Virus record (IMG/VR): IMGVR_UViG_3300045988_175656
Length of the DNA stretch: 64,000 bases
Strand: one strand, 5' to 3'
From: a virus
Shown: positions 1 through 9,675 of the stretch, in pieces
How the letters are laid out: every line of letters begins with the position of its first letter
Numbering within the stretch: the stretch's first letter is position 1
Notes under the pieces: generated by a model
Database searches by the model: none
What the model was told of the DNA's origin: nothing
The model's input: only the letters and a program-made list of their open reading frames with translations
Position numbers and translations under genes: made by a program

Positions 1-649
1 AACGTTCGTTAACCTTTGAAGTATGTTTGAATATCAATTTGTTTTTACATTCACGAAGTGCCATATTAAGAGTATTCTCACAGACTACACGAATTGGAGT
101 GAACAATACAGTTACCGCACCCGAACCATCATGTGTGTTTGTAAAGAGAATGTAATCTTCAACCACATCTTTGTTATTGCCACCAATTTGGATATTATGT
201 GGCATACGGGCTGTTACATACATTCTTTCTCCAACTCCAAGAACACCTGCTGTTTCAATAATAGGAGCATCACCACCCAAACGTCCCGAAGTGATAATAT
301 CAATAAATTCAAATGCTTTTGCATTTTGAACAACTCCATAACCACTACCAACAACACCAAGTGTAATATCATTATCATCACGAACTGTTGCCATGTGAGA
401 AGTTATAATATCTTTTGGCTTCAAATCCAAGAATTGAGTGTAATCAGTACCTTCTTTGATAGCTCTAATTGCATCATCTGAAAGTCTTACAAGAGTATCT
501 TTACGAACTGAATAATCAGCACCACATTCGGCTACTGCTTGACTGATAGGTACAGGGGTTGAATAGTTTTGACAACCTTTAACACCTCTCCATGCTCTTT
601 GAACAGGAGTATCATTCATTCTCAAACGGACTACATTGTTATCTGCCAT
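1..649 (-). CDS. DUF932-like phage/plasmid protein (N-terminal part; ORF runs off window start)
   Basis: Unlisted minus ORF with ATG at 649-647 (MADNNVVRLRMND...), open to position 1. Contains LFTNTHDGSGAVTVLFTPIRVVCENTLNMAL, matching the (S/T)HDGS...R.VC.N core of DUF932. Track ORF 23..481(+) is its antisense shadow. Confidence 0.6.
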   Translation of the reverse strand, partial: MADNNVVRLRMNDTPVQRAWRGVKGCQNYSTPVPISQAVAECGADYSVRKDTLVRLSDDAIRAIKEGTDYTQFLDLKPKDIITSHMATVRDDNDITLGVVGSGYGVVQNAKAFEFIDIITSGRLGGDAPIIETAGVLGVGERMYVTARMPHNIQIGGNNKDVVEDYILFTNTHDGSGAVTVLFTPIRVVCENTLNMALRECKNKLIFKHTSKVNER

Positions 650-661
650 AATACTTATTTG

Positions 662-940
662 TTATGATTTTTTGTATGAAACTTTAATTGCTAACTTATT
701 CTTGCTGAAAATGCAAGGTGTTTGGCTTCTTCTGCCATTAGTGTAACGAGCAATGTTACCTAACATTTTTTCGTCTGTACCATACGTTTGTGGCAAATAA
801 ATTGCCAATTCAATAATGTTACCTGTTGCATCATCTTTAATCATCTGACGATTTTTAAAGCCATGAACTTGACACAATTTTGTGAAGTTCAATTGTTCTT
901 TCCTTGAAAAGAAAGGATTCTTTTTGTTCTTAACTATCAT
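662..940 (-). CDS. hypothetical protein
   Basis: Track ORF 662..985 begins at a TTG inside the promoter. The first ATG (MIVKNKK) at 940 lies downstream of the -7 box at 982-989. Confidence 0.6.
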   Translation of the reverse strand: MIVKNKKNPFFSRKEQLNFTKLCQVHGFKNRQMIKDDATGNIIELAIYLPQTYGTDEKMLGNIARYTNGRRSQTPCIFSKNKLAIKVSYKKS

Positions 941-981
941 ATTATTGTAAATTAAATTGTTATTTGTTTTCTTTTTACAAT

Positions 982-1014
982 GCAAATATATGAATTAATT
1001 TTTAAACCACCAAA
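982..1014 (-). promoter_or_regulatory. Bacteroidota-type promoter (-33 TTTG / -7 TATATTTG)
   Basis: Minus sense reads TTTG(1014-1011), a 20 nt spacer, then TATATTTG(989-982), upstream of the 662..940 gene. Confidence 0.6.
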
Positions 1015-1033
1015 TATTAATTGATTTTTTAAT

Positions 1034-1312
1034 CTATTTTAATATTTCATTCTCGCAACCCATTTCCTTTAACATTTCTTTAACTTGTTCTTTCTCTTTA
1101 TCTGAATATACAAGGTTATCCAATACTTTTTGGAATGGTTGTAATCCATTTTTAAGAGTCTTACGAGCTTCACATCGCCCCATTTCAGCGTGTAAATAAG
1201 CCACATGTTCAATGTATTCATTTTCGGTCATGTCATAAGCAGTAATACTGCCCATTATTGTATTTAATCTACACAAAAGACCATTAGGTTGTTTGGCTAC
1301 TATTACTCCCAT
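1034..1312 (-). CDS. hypothetical protein
   Basis: ORF track; sits in the head-to-tail minus-strand array. Confidence 0.65.
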   Translation of the reverse strand: MGVIVAKQPNGLLCRLNTIMGSITAYDMTENEYIEHVAYLHAEMGRCEARKTLKNGLQPFQKVLDNLVYSDKEKEQVKEMLKEMGCENEILK

Positions 1313-1317
1313 GATTT

Positions 1318-1545
1318 TTATTTATTGTTTATTACAGTGGTAATCCATTCTTTAGCTGCATTAATTTTTTCAGTTTCCCTATCTAACAAATAAGCAAAAT
1401 TGTTTCTAAAACTATTCCTATCTTGTTGTTCAGTGATACCAAATTTTTTTAGTAATTCATCAAGCCCCGAATAAATATTACCATAAGAAAAATCTTTCAA
1501 TAATTCTAAGGAATGTCTTAATGCTTTATTTTCTAACTCTGTCAT
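1318..1545 (-). CDS. hypothetical protein
   Basis: Track start is a TTG inside palindrome 1562-1577. The first ATG (MTELENK) is at 1545. Confidence 0.6.
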   Translation of the reverse strand: MTELENKALRHSLELLKDFSYGNIYSGLDELLKKFGITEQQDRNSFRNNFAYLLDRETEKINAAKEWITTVINNK

Positions 1546-1561
1546 AATAATAAATGTTAAT

Positions 1562-1577
1562 GTACTCAATTGAGTAC
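1562..1577 (-). promoter_or_regulatory. GTACTCAWWTGAGTAC hairpin/palindrome, copy a
   Basis: Perfect 16-nt palindrome GTACTCAATTGAGTAC, 16 nt upstream of the ATG at 1545. Confidence 0.6.
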
Positions 1578-1583
1578 AATATA

Positions 1584-1799
1584 TTACAAAATTTTATAAT
1601 AATACTCTTTACTAATAGATTTTAATGATACAAACCTATCAGCAAGTTCTTTTGTCTCAAACTCATAGTATTTAACATTTTCTTCATCTTCATTATACAG
1701 CATGAATGCAGTTCCATATTCAAAACTATCCACTTGTTCAAAAGTATAATGTGTTTTCTTAAACAAGAAAACATAAAACATTATTTCATTTGTAATCAT
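1584..1799 (-). CDS. hypothetical protein
   Basis: ORF track; minus array. Confidence 0.6.
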   Translation of the reverse strand: MITNEIMFYVFLFKKTHYTFEQVDSFEYGTAFMLYNEDEENVKYYEFETKELADRFVSLKSISKEYYYKIL

Positions 1800-2077
1800 T
1801 TCCGCATTCCTTTTAATATTTTTTGACTTATTAACAATCCTGTATCTTCTTCAATCTCCAATGTAGTAAGCATTATTCGATAATGTTTCTCCTTTTGATT
1901 TTTATAATCTTTTATCATCAATTCTCTTACCTCTTTAAAGTTTTCATCAAACAGTTTTTGAAGGGTTTTTAATCCCTTCAAACCTGCTGCTTGTTCTTTA
2001 TTTGTGTACAAGGTAATCCAATTGTTATCAGTTAATATCAAATAACAATAAACTTCTAATTGATAAAGTTGTTTCAT
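1796..2077 (-). CDS. hypothetical protein
   Basis: ORF track; 4-nt and 1-nt overlaps with neighbours suggest translational coupling. Confidence 0.65.
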   Translation of the reverse strand: MKQLYQLEVYCYLILTDNNWITLYTNKEQAAGLKGLKTLQKLFDENFKEVRELMIKDYKNQKEKHYRIMLTTLEIEEDTGLLISQKILKGMRK

Positions 2078-2262
2078 TAATTCAATTTTATTTTTAATAC
2101 ACGATTATCAACTTCTCGCATTGTATCAAGAAGTTTTACTCTCTGTTTAACGATTTTCATATTCCAAGAGAGTTTATTTTGAAGCCTGTTCCATGCACAT
2201 TCTTCACTATCCTCATGTAAAACATAGAGGGTATTATGATGCTTGAATATATAAGTGTTCAT
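2077..2262 (-). CDS. hypothetical protein
   Basis: ORF track; overlaps neighbours by 1-4 nt. Confidence 0.6.
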   Translation of the reverse strand: MNTYIFKHHNTLYVLHEDSEECAWNRLQNKLSWNMKIVKQRVKLLDTMREVDNRVLKIKLN

Positions 2263-2486
2263 TGTTTTACCTCAATTGACAAAAGGAAATCATTCTTTAA
2301 TGTTGGAATCAATACATTTTTGTGATATGGATTATAATCAAACCTAATAAAGTCATACAATTCTCTTATTGCATCTTTTTTATCAGAGCAACTAACATAC
2401 AAAATATTGTTTCTTTGATTGATTGAAAAATCTTTAGCACCTTGACACTTTAAGAAAAACGAAACTGTTTTAATTACTCTTTCCAT
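2259..2486 (-). CDS. hypothetical protein
   Basis: ORF track; the revcomp of ACAAAGATA is a TAnnTTTG box upstream, near 2512-2520. Confidence 0.6.
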   Translation of the reverse strand: MERVIKTVSFFLKCQGAKDFSINQRNNILYVSCSDKKDAIRELYDFIRFDYNPYHKNVLIPTLKNDFLLSIEVKQ

Positions 2487-2553
2487 AATACTATATGTTT
2501 TTAAATTTGATACAAAGATAATACATTAATTGAAATATAACAAAGTTTTTTAG

Positions 2554-3051
2554 TTAAAGTTCATTAATTTCTTTAATTTGAAACTTTTTAAAATCATCAA
2601 GTTTATACAAATACCAATAAGTAGGATTAGTATAATCACCCGACAAATTAGTAAAACTAATGATAAGATATGTTTCTCCTGCTTCCAATGATGGCATATC
2701 TTTCAGTGAAACATCATATTTTAGTTCCCCATTAATAATTGTTTCAAAAGGAAAATTGTGAAAAAAATCATAACCAAGAATTTTTACATATTCTTCAAGA
2801 GAAAATTCTGAATTATAAACAAATTTATAAGCCAAATAATGATGGTCAAATCCATCAACATATTTTTCAAACAAATAATCGTTCCCTCTCATGTTAACAA
2901 AGTTCATTTTATCAAACATTTGTTTTTTAACACGTTCTTTTTCCTTTTCTTCTTGAAGTTTTTCCTCATGTTTTATACACGCTTCTTCTGAATTGAAAAC
3001 TTTACCATCACAAGCCACAAAAGTAGCTACAATTGTATTTATCTTCTCCAT
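2554..3051 (-). CDS. hypothetical protein
   Basis: ORF track, 165 aa; minus array. Confidence 0.7.
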   Translation of the reverse strand: MEKINTIVATFVACDGKVFNSEEACIKHEEKLQEEKEKERVKKQMFDKMNFVNMRGNDYLFEKYVDGFDHHYLAYKFVYNSEFSLEEYVKILGYDFFHNFPFETIINGELKYDVSLKDMPSLEAGETYLIISFTNLSGDYTNPTYWYLYKLDDFKKFQIKEINEL

Positions 3052-3052
3052 A

Positions 3053-3619
3053 TTATTTTACATTATTTATTAATTGTTTAATATTTGGATTTGTTGAGAG
3101 CAATCCGATTTTTTCAAACATTTCATCATCATTTTCTGCCATGATGTTAGACAAATTTTCAACTACTTCACCGTTTTCTAAAATGGTTACATCAAAACTG
3201 CCAATGACAAACCAATTATTCATTAGTTTAATTTCATCTTTGATAACATTCTTTGCCTTATCAATAACAACTTGTTTCTTAGCTCTCTGTAACTCATGCC
3301 ATATAGTACGAACTGTTCTCTTGGAGCAGGTTACAATTCCTACACAAAACATATTTGTCACTAAATCAGACACATCAACAAGAAATGTTTTAGTTTTAAT
3401 ACAATAATGAAGATACATTACTATATTTTCTTGTTTATTAACAGATTTTACAGCTTCTTCCACATTTTGAAAATTATGTTTAAAACCAAAATCAGCAATT
3501 TTATTAAGCGTTTGGTCTATTACATAAACTTTTACAAGTCCTCTTTGAATTAAAGGATTTTCTATATTCTTATTTGGTTCAATATTCAATGTTAAATTTT
3601 TATATCTACTTACTATCAT
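3053..3619 (-). CDS. hypothetical protein
   Basis: ORF track, 188 aa; 1-nt gap to the next gene. The 3033..3407(+) ORF is an antisense shadow. Confidence 0.7.
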   Translation of the reverse strand: MIVSRYKNLTLNIEPNKNIENPLIQRGLVKVYVIDQTLNKIADFGFKHNFQNVEEAVKSVNKQENIVMYLHYCIKTKTFLVDVSDLVTNMFCVGIVTCSKRTVRTIWHELQRAKKQVVIDKAKNVIKDEIKLMNNWFVIGSFDVTILENGEVVENLSNIMAENDDEMFEKIGLLSTNPNIKQLINNVK

Positions 3620-3621
3620 AT

Positions 3622-3993
3622 TTATTCATTCTCTCCTTTCTTAAACAAACACCATTCGCAATTATCATCCATATCTACAAGGAAATTTCCTTGTCTTATC
3701 CATTTTGGCAACAATGATTTATGTTTCATTGCATCAATCAATCTGTTAATACATCTTACATCAGTATTATAAACTGCATCAGTAATCATTTTCTGATATT
3801 TCATAATAACAGATGTTGAATGTCTTTGTATTGTGTGTCCCATATACTCGCCACCATATTTAAGCATGGTTTCAAGTTCTGTTCTGTTAATATGGTCTTG
3901 TAAACATAAAACAATTACAGTAGTCCAATCAAAACTATTTGCTAAGTCATAAGCGATTTTTTTCTTTAATGTTTCAACTCTAATTTTATCCAT
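3622..3993 (-). CDS. hypothetical protein
   Basis: ORF track, 123 aa. Confidence 0.7.
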   Translation of the reverse strand: MDKIRVETLKKKIAYDLANSFDWTTVIVLCLQDHINRTELETMLKYGGEYMGHTIQRHSTSVIMKYQKMITDAVYNTDVRCINRLIDAMKHKSLLPKWIRQGNFLVDMDDNCEWCLFKKGENE

Positions 3994-4004
3994 AGTTTTT
4001 TTAA

Positions 4005-4169
4005 TTATATATTATTTTTATGTATATGAAACAATTCTTTATTAGGATATTTTATTGCAAAATTTACTTTAGCTTCTCCCTCACTAAAACCGTTTATATT
4101 AGTAACACCAATTATCTTTTTTCCGTTTTCTGTATAGCTGTAATAAGCTATCCATCTATCTCTTTTCAT
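4005..4169 (-). CDS. hypothetical protein
   Basis: The track start at 4196 lies inside or upstream of the -7 box (caaagata, 4194-4201). The next ATG (MKRDRWIAYY) is at 4169. Confidence 0.55.
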   Translation of the reverse strand: MKRDRWIAYYSYTENGKKIIGVTNINGFSEGEAKVNFAIKYPNKELFHIHKNNI

Positions 4170-4244
4170 ATTTGTTCTTTTATTATTATGATACAAAGAT
4201 AATATATTTATGAATACTAACCAAATTTTTTGTGTTAAAGAACT

Positions 4245-4583
4245 TTAAACAAATTCATGTTTTCTAATTTTCTTTGGAAGAAGTGATAATTTATGTGTTA
4301 ATTTACCTTTTGTTTCAAATACGTCTTTAATTGTTAATTTATGTAAAAAACTTGAATACACAGTATAAACCGCTTTATGAATTTCATTCCACTGTTTAGC
4401 GGATAAATCATCAAGTTTGGGATAAGTTATAATGTGAATATCATTATCCACTAAACAATAAGCCACACCATCAAATATAGTAAATTTTCTCCATGTTCCC
4501 AAATACCATCTATTTACCTTACATGAATTGCTTTTGTTAATAGTGTTAACAAAAGCTAAATAAAGTTCTTCTACATTAAACAT
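4245..4583 (-). CDS. hypothetical protein
   Basis: ORF track, 112 aa. Confidence 0.65.
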   Translation of the reverse strand: MFNVEELYLAFVNTINKSNSCKVNRWYLGTWRKFTIFDGVAYCLVDNDIHIITYPKLDDLSAKQWNEIHKAVYTVYSSFLHKLTIKDVFETKGKLTHKLSLLPKKIRKHEFV

Positions 4584-4600
4584 ACTATTATCTCTTTTAG

Positions 4601-4900
4601 TTATTTACATTTGAACATTTTTTCCCAATATTCATTATATATCTTATCAAAATTACATTTATTTGAAAGATATTCATCAGAAGTAACAACCATTGAATCA
4701 CATCTTAATTTTCCATTTTCATTAATGTAAAGATATTGTACACCCAATAAAGAGTAAACATCAGAAGCCACTTCACGAGCATTTTCATAATCTTTACATC
4801 TAATTGCAATTGGTACATAATTGCGGTGCATATCAACTATCCACCAAAATGTAACAAATACATCATTTTTATTTTTCTTAAAATTAACTTTCTTTATCAT
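4601..4900 (-). CDS. hypothetical protein
   Basis: ORF track, 99 aa. Confidence 0.65.
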   Translation of the reverse strand: MIKKVNFKKNKNDVFVTFWWIVDMHRNYVPIAIRCKDYENAREVASDVYSLLGVQYLYINENGKLRCDSMVVTSDEYLSNKCNFDKIYNEYWEKMFKCK

Positions 4901-4903
4901 AAT

Positions 4904-5158
4904 TTATAAGGTATTTTGTAAATCGACTAAATAATCATCACAATGACAGTGAGGACAAGCATAACTATATGAATATTGTGTTCCCTCAATTGGAGCTAAT
5001 TCCATATTTTCCTCTGTACCTTTCAATTGATATTTTGGAGCATCTACTTGTGGATTTTCATCAATTAAAATTAACCCACAATTATTACATCTACATAAAC
5101 ATACCCCATTAACTGAATCAATAGTATAATCTTTGGCTGAATAAAACTGTTTTCCCAT
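4904..5158 (-). CDS. Zn-ribbon mini-protein
   Basis: Two Cys pairs: CRCNNC ... CPHCHC. Confidence 0.65.
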   Translation of the reverse strand: MGKQFYSAKDYTIDSVNGVCLCRCNNCGLILIDENPQVDAPKYQLKGTEENMELAPIEGTQYSYSYACPHCHCDDYLVDLQNTL

Positions 5159-5169
5159 TTTGTTATAAT

Positions 5170-5433
5170 TTAATAGTAACTACCTCTGCATCTTTCAAAC
5201 ACTTTCTTGTCAGCTTCTAATTGTCTTTCAATAGCATAGAGTAAATTATCTAACTCTATTTCTTGTAAGTCCTCTAATTCAACTTCCACTTCATCATCAG
5301 AAAATGATAATTCACCACAATAACTAATTGATAATAGTTCTTCACCTGCAATTTCTTCGGGAACATCAAATACAATTCCGCTATTATCACGCATTAGAAC
5401 TTCAATATTTTCAATCAATTCATTTTTTTTCAT
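5170..5433 (-). CDS. hypothetical acidic protein
   Basis: Start trimmed to MKKNELIEN (ATG 5433), which follows AAGGAGGATTAATA, an SD-like sequence. Confidence 0.6.
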   Translation of the reverse strand: MKKNELIENIEVLMRDNSGIVFDVPEEIAGEELLSISYCGELSFSDDEVEVELEDLQEIELDNLLYAIERQLEADKKVFERCRGSYY

Positions 5434-5578
5434 TATTAATCCTCCTTGTTTTATTATTACACTACAAAGATATGATATTAATTTCAAATCTCCAAATGTT
5501 TTATGTTAATGAATTTTAAATTAGATAAATAAAAGATGAAAGAAAAGAATATTATTTTTCATATTATAAAGGTAATAT

Positions 5579-5797
5579 TTAATCATCCAATAATAATGAC
5601 ATTAGCCAAAGCATACCCATTATAAAAATAGTTAATATGTTAACCATTATATAATCTTCTACATTAGCATCTTTAATTTTTGTTGCACAAAATATATTTG
5701 CTCCAATAAAGCCAATTATGATTATAAAATAACATATACAATTATTTTTATTCTCATAATTGTTAAATCTTGCGATTAATTTTAAAATGTATTTCAT
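5579..5797 (-). CDS. small membrane protein
   Basis: Two hydrophobic helices (CYFIIIIGFIGANIFC, ILTIFIMGMLWLMSLLL). Confidence 0.55.
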   Translation of the reverse strand: MKYILKLIARFNNYENKNNCICYFIIIIGFIGANIFCATKIKDANVEDYIMVNILTIFIMGMLWLMSLLLDD

Positions 5798-5805
5798 ATA
5801 TAATA

Positions 5806-6105
5806 TTATTTGATAATATTTTCATTAATTACATATTGAATAAATGGTCTTAATTCATATTCATCATTTGTTAAATAATATAACTTTTTATCCCCATCCT
5901 CAATTAACATATAATGAACTTTGGTCGTAAAACTATTTTGTCCTTTAAATTGTTTAGAAATATCTCTAACAATAACAGGTTTTTTTAATGTGTTAATAAA
6001 TTCAGTGGCAGATTTTTTGCTCTCTTTTTTTGGATAAAAATATATACATAAAATACACCCAAACAATATATTTACCATTAAAATATATTTGTGAAAAGTT
6101 TTCAT
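5806..6105 (-). CDS. membrane-anchored hypothetical protein
   Basis: N-terminal hydrophobic segment ILMVNILFGCILCIYFY. Confidence 0.6.
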   Translation of the reverse strand: MKTFHKYILMVNILFGCILCIYFYPKKESKKSATEFINTLKKPVIVRDISKQFKGQNSFTTKVHYMLIEDGDKKLYYLTNDEYELRPFIQYVINENIIK

Positions 6106-6338
6106 CTTAGTTTTCCGTTTTTATTATACCTTGCACTCCAATCTCTATCAATATTATAAATTGATACTTCATAAATCGGATGAAGCCAACCGCCACCTTT
6201 TTGATTAAGTTGTGATATAACAGAAGATATACAAGTAAATCCACTATCATATATAGTTGCCATTATTTTTCCATTTTTATCAAAAGAATGTGCTTTTATA
6301 CAATCTTTTTTAGTTATTATATTTCGACTTCTTGCCAT
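6102..6338 (-). CDS. hypothetical protein
   Basis: ORF track; 4-nt overlap with the downstream gene. Confidence 0.6.
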   Translation of the reverse strand: MARSRNIITKKDCIKAHSFDKNGKIMATIYDSGFTCISSVISQLNQKGGGWLHPIYEVSIYNIDRDWSARYNKNGKLR

Positions 6339-6340
6339 AA

Positions 6341-6565
6341 TTAACTTTGTTTAAATCGGTTTTTACTAATATAAAAAATACAAACATCTTTATTTACAAC
6401 TTCATCAAAAATAGGCGGGGTTATCATTATATATAAATTACGATAAACTGTTAAATAATGAATCTGTTTATATAGTTCTTTTTCTGAAAGTTCATCAAAT
6501 GAATCATGTTTAATCCCTGTTGTAGATTCAAAATTTTCTTGCCAATAGCGATATTTTATTACCAT
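6341..6565 (-). CDS. hypothetical protein
   Basis: ORF track. Confidence 0.6.
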   Translation of the reverse strand: MVIKYRYWQENFESTTGIKHDSFDELSEKELYKQIHYLTVYRNLYIMITPPIFDEVVNKDVCIFYISKNRFKQS

Positions 6566-6569
6566 AAAA

Positions 6570-6773
6570 TTATAATGTTATAGAGGTTATTTTATTTAAT
6601 TCTATTTCTTCTTCATTTCCATTTTCATCTGCAATAGTAAGTATTCCTCTATGGGAAACATGAATAAATGTAGCTGAACGAGGTTTATTTTCCACTTTAA
6701 ACTCTATTGTTTCACCTTTTACAAAAGTTTTCAGCACATTATATTGATTAACATTAAATTGACTTTTATTCAT
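6570..6773 (-). CDS. hypothetical protein
   Basis: ORF track; preceded by AAGAAAGGAGAATATAA-ATG and a hairpin promoter at about 6795-6845. Confidence 0.6.
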   Translation of the reverse strand: MNKSQFNVNQYNVLKTFVKGETIEFKVENKPRSATFIHVSHRGILTIADENGNEEEIELNKITSITL

Positions 6774-6854
6774 TTATATTCTCCTTTCTTTATTATTATG
6801 ATACAAAGGTAGAGAAAGTTTCTCTACCTTGCAAATTATTTGAGTTAATATTTG

Positions 6855-7193
6855 TCATATTTTAGACCGAATATCTAATCTCACTTCATTTTTCCAAATG
6901 CTTTCCATATTAGAAATTTCATTTGTAGAATGACTTACCAAGAAAGGATATGTTTTAAATCCTTTTAACATATCATCACTCCATTTTTCAAGACTAAACT
7001 TTTCATCTTCAATACTTAATTCAATAATATGTTTAATAACATTGGCTTTAAACATATTTTTAAATGTTGTTTCATACATGAAATGTCCATATTTTTCAAA
7101 ATCTTTGTGAATTAAGTCTAATCCATTGTTAAACTTTTCATTAGCAGTTTCCAAAATGCCTTGTAAAGCATCAATTTGTCTTTTATTTACCAT
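6855..7193 (-). CDS. hypothetical protein
   Basis: ORF track. Confidence 0.65.
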   Translation of the reverse strand: MVNKRQIDALQGILETANEKFNNGLDLIHKDFEKYGHFMYETTFKNMFKANVIKHIIELSIEDEKFSLEKWSDDMLKGFKTYPFLVSHSTNEISNMESIWKNEVRLDIRSKI

Positions 7194-7662
7194 TTATAAC
7201 TTTATTTAATATTTTAATCTTTTCTTCTTGCGCACACTTTTTAGTTGTGAAAAAATTATTAGTAAGTTTTCTCCACTTGTCCGCTTCTTCATCTTTGCCT
7301 GTAACAGCACTTTGCACAACTCCTTTTGAAGATAAAAAATAATATATTTCTACTTTTTCTAACCATTTTTCAGCAACACCTTTGAAAGCAAATCTATTAC
7401 TATCAATAAAACAAAGGTCATACCTTTTTTGCCCATTATCAAAACCTACAACTTCATAAACAATATTTTCATATTTCACATAATCACCACGCTTAAATTT
7501 TTCGGTAAAAGGTTCAAAAAATTTTGTATTGTGTAAATCAATATATGGAAATTTTCGTTCTTCGTTCTTTGCCAAGCATGGAACACCATTTTTAATAATT
7601 AAAATTTCACCTTTTTTAAGATAAAGTTCTTTAATATCACATTTTACTATGTATTTTTCCAT
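7183..7662 (-). CDS. hypothetical protein
   Basis: ORF track, 159 aa. Confidence 0.7.
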   Translation of the reverse strand: MEKYIVKCDIKELYLKKGEILIIKNGVPCLAKNEERKFPYIDLHNTKFFEPFTEKFKRGDYVKYENIVYEVVGFDNGQKRYDLCFIDSNRFAFKGVAEKWLEKVEIYYFLSSKGVVQSAVTGKDEEADKWRKLTNNFFTTKKCAQEEKIKILNKVINGK

Positions 7663-7665
7663 GAT

Positions 7666-7974
7666 TTAATTAATATAAAAAGTTTCTAATAGTTTACCTC
7701 TCGCAAATTTTCTTGTTATAGGATTAAACTTACAATCCAATTTAAGAACCTTGTTAATATTTGTGTCAAAATTATAAGTAAAAGTTGCTTTTTCACTTCT
7801 ACCAATTGTTAATCTTGATAATATTTTACATTGAATTTCACTATCTAAAGCAAAATATAAACTTTTTAAAAATATAACAAATTCTTTATTGGTGAGTTGT
7901 GCATCATTTCCATACACACAACTCACTTTTTCACCATTTTTTAAAACTATATTCAAATTACCTATTACTGCCAT
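7666..7974 (-). CDS. hypothetical protein
   Basis: ORF track. Confidence 0.65.
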   Translation of the reverse strand: MAVIGNLNIVLKNGEKVSCVYGNDAQLTNKEFVIFLKSLYFALDSEIQCKILSRLTIGRSEKATFTYNFDTNINKVLKLDCKFNPITRKFARGKLLETFYIN

Positions 7975-7977
7975 ATA

Positions 7978-8349
7978 TTAAAATCCTGCTTTTTCAATAA
8001 TACCAACAATTTTATTTAACCATTTAAGATAATCTTCAAAATCCTTTAATGATTGTTTCAATGTAAATGCACTCTTATAACTTTCTCCTTCTCTATGAAG
8101 GTCTATCTCTTCTTCTACATCAAAATTTTCAACATAATCTTTAAAATCTTCAAGTAGCCCTTTGTCATTTTCAAGATAAACAATCATATTCACACCGCCA
8201 TCAGTCCATGTTTCCATTTCAATACCATCTCCATTTGCAAAATTACAAATATCTACATTAGCAAAAAACAATTCAAAAAATTCTTGAATTTTTTCATTTT
8301 TCAAAAGTTTTTTTGCTTCTTTTTGTACTTCGGGTGTAATCTTTTCCAT
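7978..8349 (-). CDS. hypothetical acidic protein
   Basis: ORF track; AAAAGGAGATTTAATA-ATG leader. Confidence 0.7.
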   Translation of the reverse strand: MEKITPEVQKEAKKLLKNEKIQEFFELFFANVDICNFANGDGIEMETWTDGGVNMIVYLENDKGLLEDFKDYVENFDVEEEIDLHREGESYKSAFTLKQSLKDFEDYLKWLNKIVGIIEKAGF

Positions 8350-8393
8350 TATTAAATCTCCTTTTTTTTATTATATTGTTATTTCTTATGTTA

Positions 8394-8425
8394 CAAAGGT
8401 AGATATTTTTTAGTTACCCACCAAA
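8394..8425 (-). promoter_or_regulatory. Bacteroidota-type promoter
   Basis: Minus sense reads TTTG(8425-8422), a 20 nt spacer, then TACCTTTG(8401-8394). It is preceded by the recurrent TTAATACAAAATATTTGG motif. Confidence 0.6.
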
Positions 8426-8448
8426 TATTTTGTATTAATAAATGTTAA

Positions 8449-8901
8449 TTAAAATAACATTTGTAAATCTCTGTAAGCATCAAGAATTTCATGGAATTTA
8501 ATTCTTGAAATTTCGGTTACATTTCTAAGAGAATCATTTATTAAATCGCAAAAGTCGATAGTATCATTTTCTTTAAATTCATAATTCATCCCATACTTTG
8601 TTAAACTTCTACAAGTGAATTTCCTCTGTAACATATCTATATCAGTGAGATGTACCACATAAATACATTCTTTTGAATTTACCATAGTGCTTGTAAACTT
8701 GATAATATAGTATTTATCAATCATTTTACGATACTTCTTTTCGTTATTATCAGAAATTTCTTCTAATAAAAGTTTACGTTCTTCCATAAAACGTTTAATA
8801 TCGCCCACAGTAATATCATTATCTAATAAATTAACAGTTCCCAATACTTCTTGAACACCTGCTAATGTAATTTCACTAAATTTATCTCTTAAACTTCCCA
8901 T
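8449..8901 (-). CDS. hypothetical protein
   Basis: ORF track, 150 aa. Confidence 0.7.
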   Translation of the reverse strand: MGSLRDKFSEITLAGVQEVLGTVNLLDNDITVGDIKRFMEERKLLLEEISDNNEKKYRKMIDKYYIIKFTSTMVNSKECIYVVHLTDIDMLQRKFTCRSLTKYGMNYEFKENDTIDFCDLINDSLRNVTEISRIKFHEILDAYRDLQMLF

Positions 8902-8902
8902 A

Positions 8903-9193
8903 TTAATTTAATGTTTTATAAAATTCTACTTGTCTATCAGCTAATTCACGAGCAATTCTATCTTTTGACTGTTCAACCCAATTAGTTAAATCAGTTGTTA
9001 CCCAATCATCAAAAGATTGTGGTAATGCCTGTTCAACATAATCATTTGCAATATATTCATTACAATCTTTCATTTCCTCAAACAAAGCAAGTAATTCATT
9101 GCTAACATCTAAAAAATCACCAAGTTTTTTATAGGCAGAAATTAATATTTCTTTTTTATCCTTACTTGTTATTTCTCTGTCTAAATTTTCCAT
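8903..9193 (-). CDS. hypothetical acidic protein
   Basis: ORF track; AGAAAGGAGATTTAATA-ATG leader. Confidence 0.65.
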   Translation of the reverse strand: MENLDREITSKDKKEILISAYKKLGDFLDVSNELLALFEEMKDCNEYIANDYVEQALPQSFDDWVTTDLTNWVEQSKDRIARELADRQVEFYKTLN

Positions 9194-9295
9194 TATTAAA
9201 TCTCCTTTCTTTTAAGTTATTTTCTTATGATACAAAGATAGACCATTTTTTCTAATCTACCAAATATTTTGTGTTAATAAAAGCAAAAACTTTAA

Positions 9296-9337
9296 TTAAA
9301 AAATGGCTGATTATATTCCCATACTATCAGCCATTTT
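9296..9337 (-). terminator. intrinsic terminator after 9371..9673
   Basis: 10-bp stem AATGGCTGAT/ATCAGCCATT (9302-9311 / 9326-9335), followed in minus sense by a T-run. Confidence 0.6.
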
Positions 9338-9370
9338 AACAAATAAAATTAAAGTTATGAATATCAATGT

Positions 9371-9673
9371 TTAATTGTTATCATCAACAATAATGATATT
9401 GTCCTTATCATTATCATTCATAATGTTTTCGATTGCATCCATTATAGGAATGGAAGTTGAAAATGCACATTCATCTTTCAAATGACCTGCAATAAATTCA
9501 ATAATTTCATTCATTGCATCATTTATTAAATCATCATGTGTATTCTCGTCCTCTTCATCACAATAAAGATAAATCTTTAATGGTTCTCTTGGGATAGGTT
9601 CTGTTAAAAACAGTGTTGATAAATTTTGATACAATTCAATACGACCAATTGTGTTATTAATTCCTACTTTCAT
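9371..9673 (-). CDS. hypothetical acidic protein
   Basis: ORF track; AAAAAGGAGAATTAAAC-ATG leader. Confidence 0.65.
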   Translation of the reverse strand: MKVGINNTIGRIELYQNLSTLFLTEPIPREPLKIYLYCDEEDENTHDDLINDAMNEIIEFIAGHLKDECAFSTSIPIMDAIENIMNDNDKDNIIIVDDNN

Positions 9674-9675
9674 GT

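Noticed and set aside
23-481. Plus-strand 152-aa ORF from the track.
   Set aside because: It is antisense to a much better minus-strand ORF (1..649) that has a recognisable DUF932 motif. Its own sequence is low-complexity (N/I/T/C-rich).
662-985. Track N-terminal extensions that start at TTG or at ATGs inside promoter boxes (662..985, 1318..1569, 4005..4196, 27964..28275, 35435..35788, 43121..43921, 49142..49546, 53051..53425).
   Set aside because: The extended N-termini are encoded by the -33/-7 promoter elements or conserved leaders themselves. Starts were moved to the first ATG downstream of the predicted transcription start.
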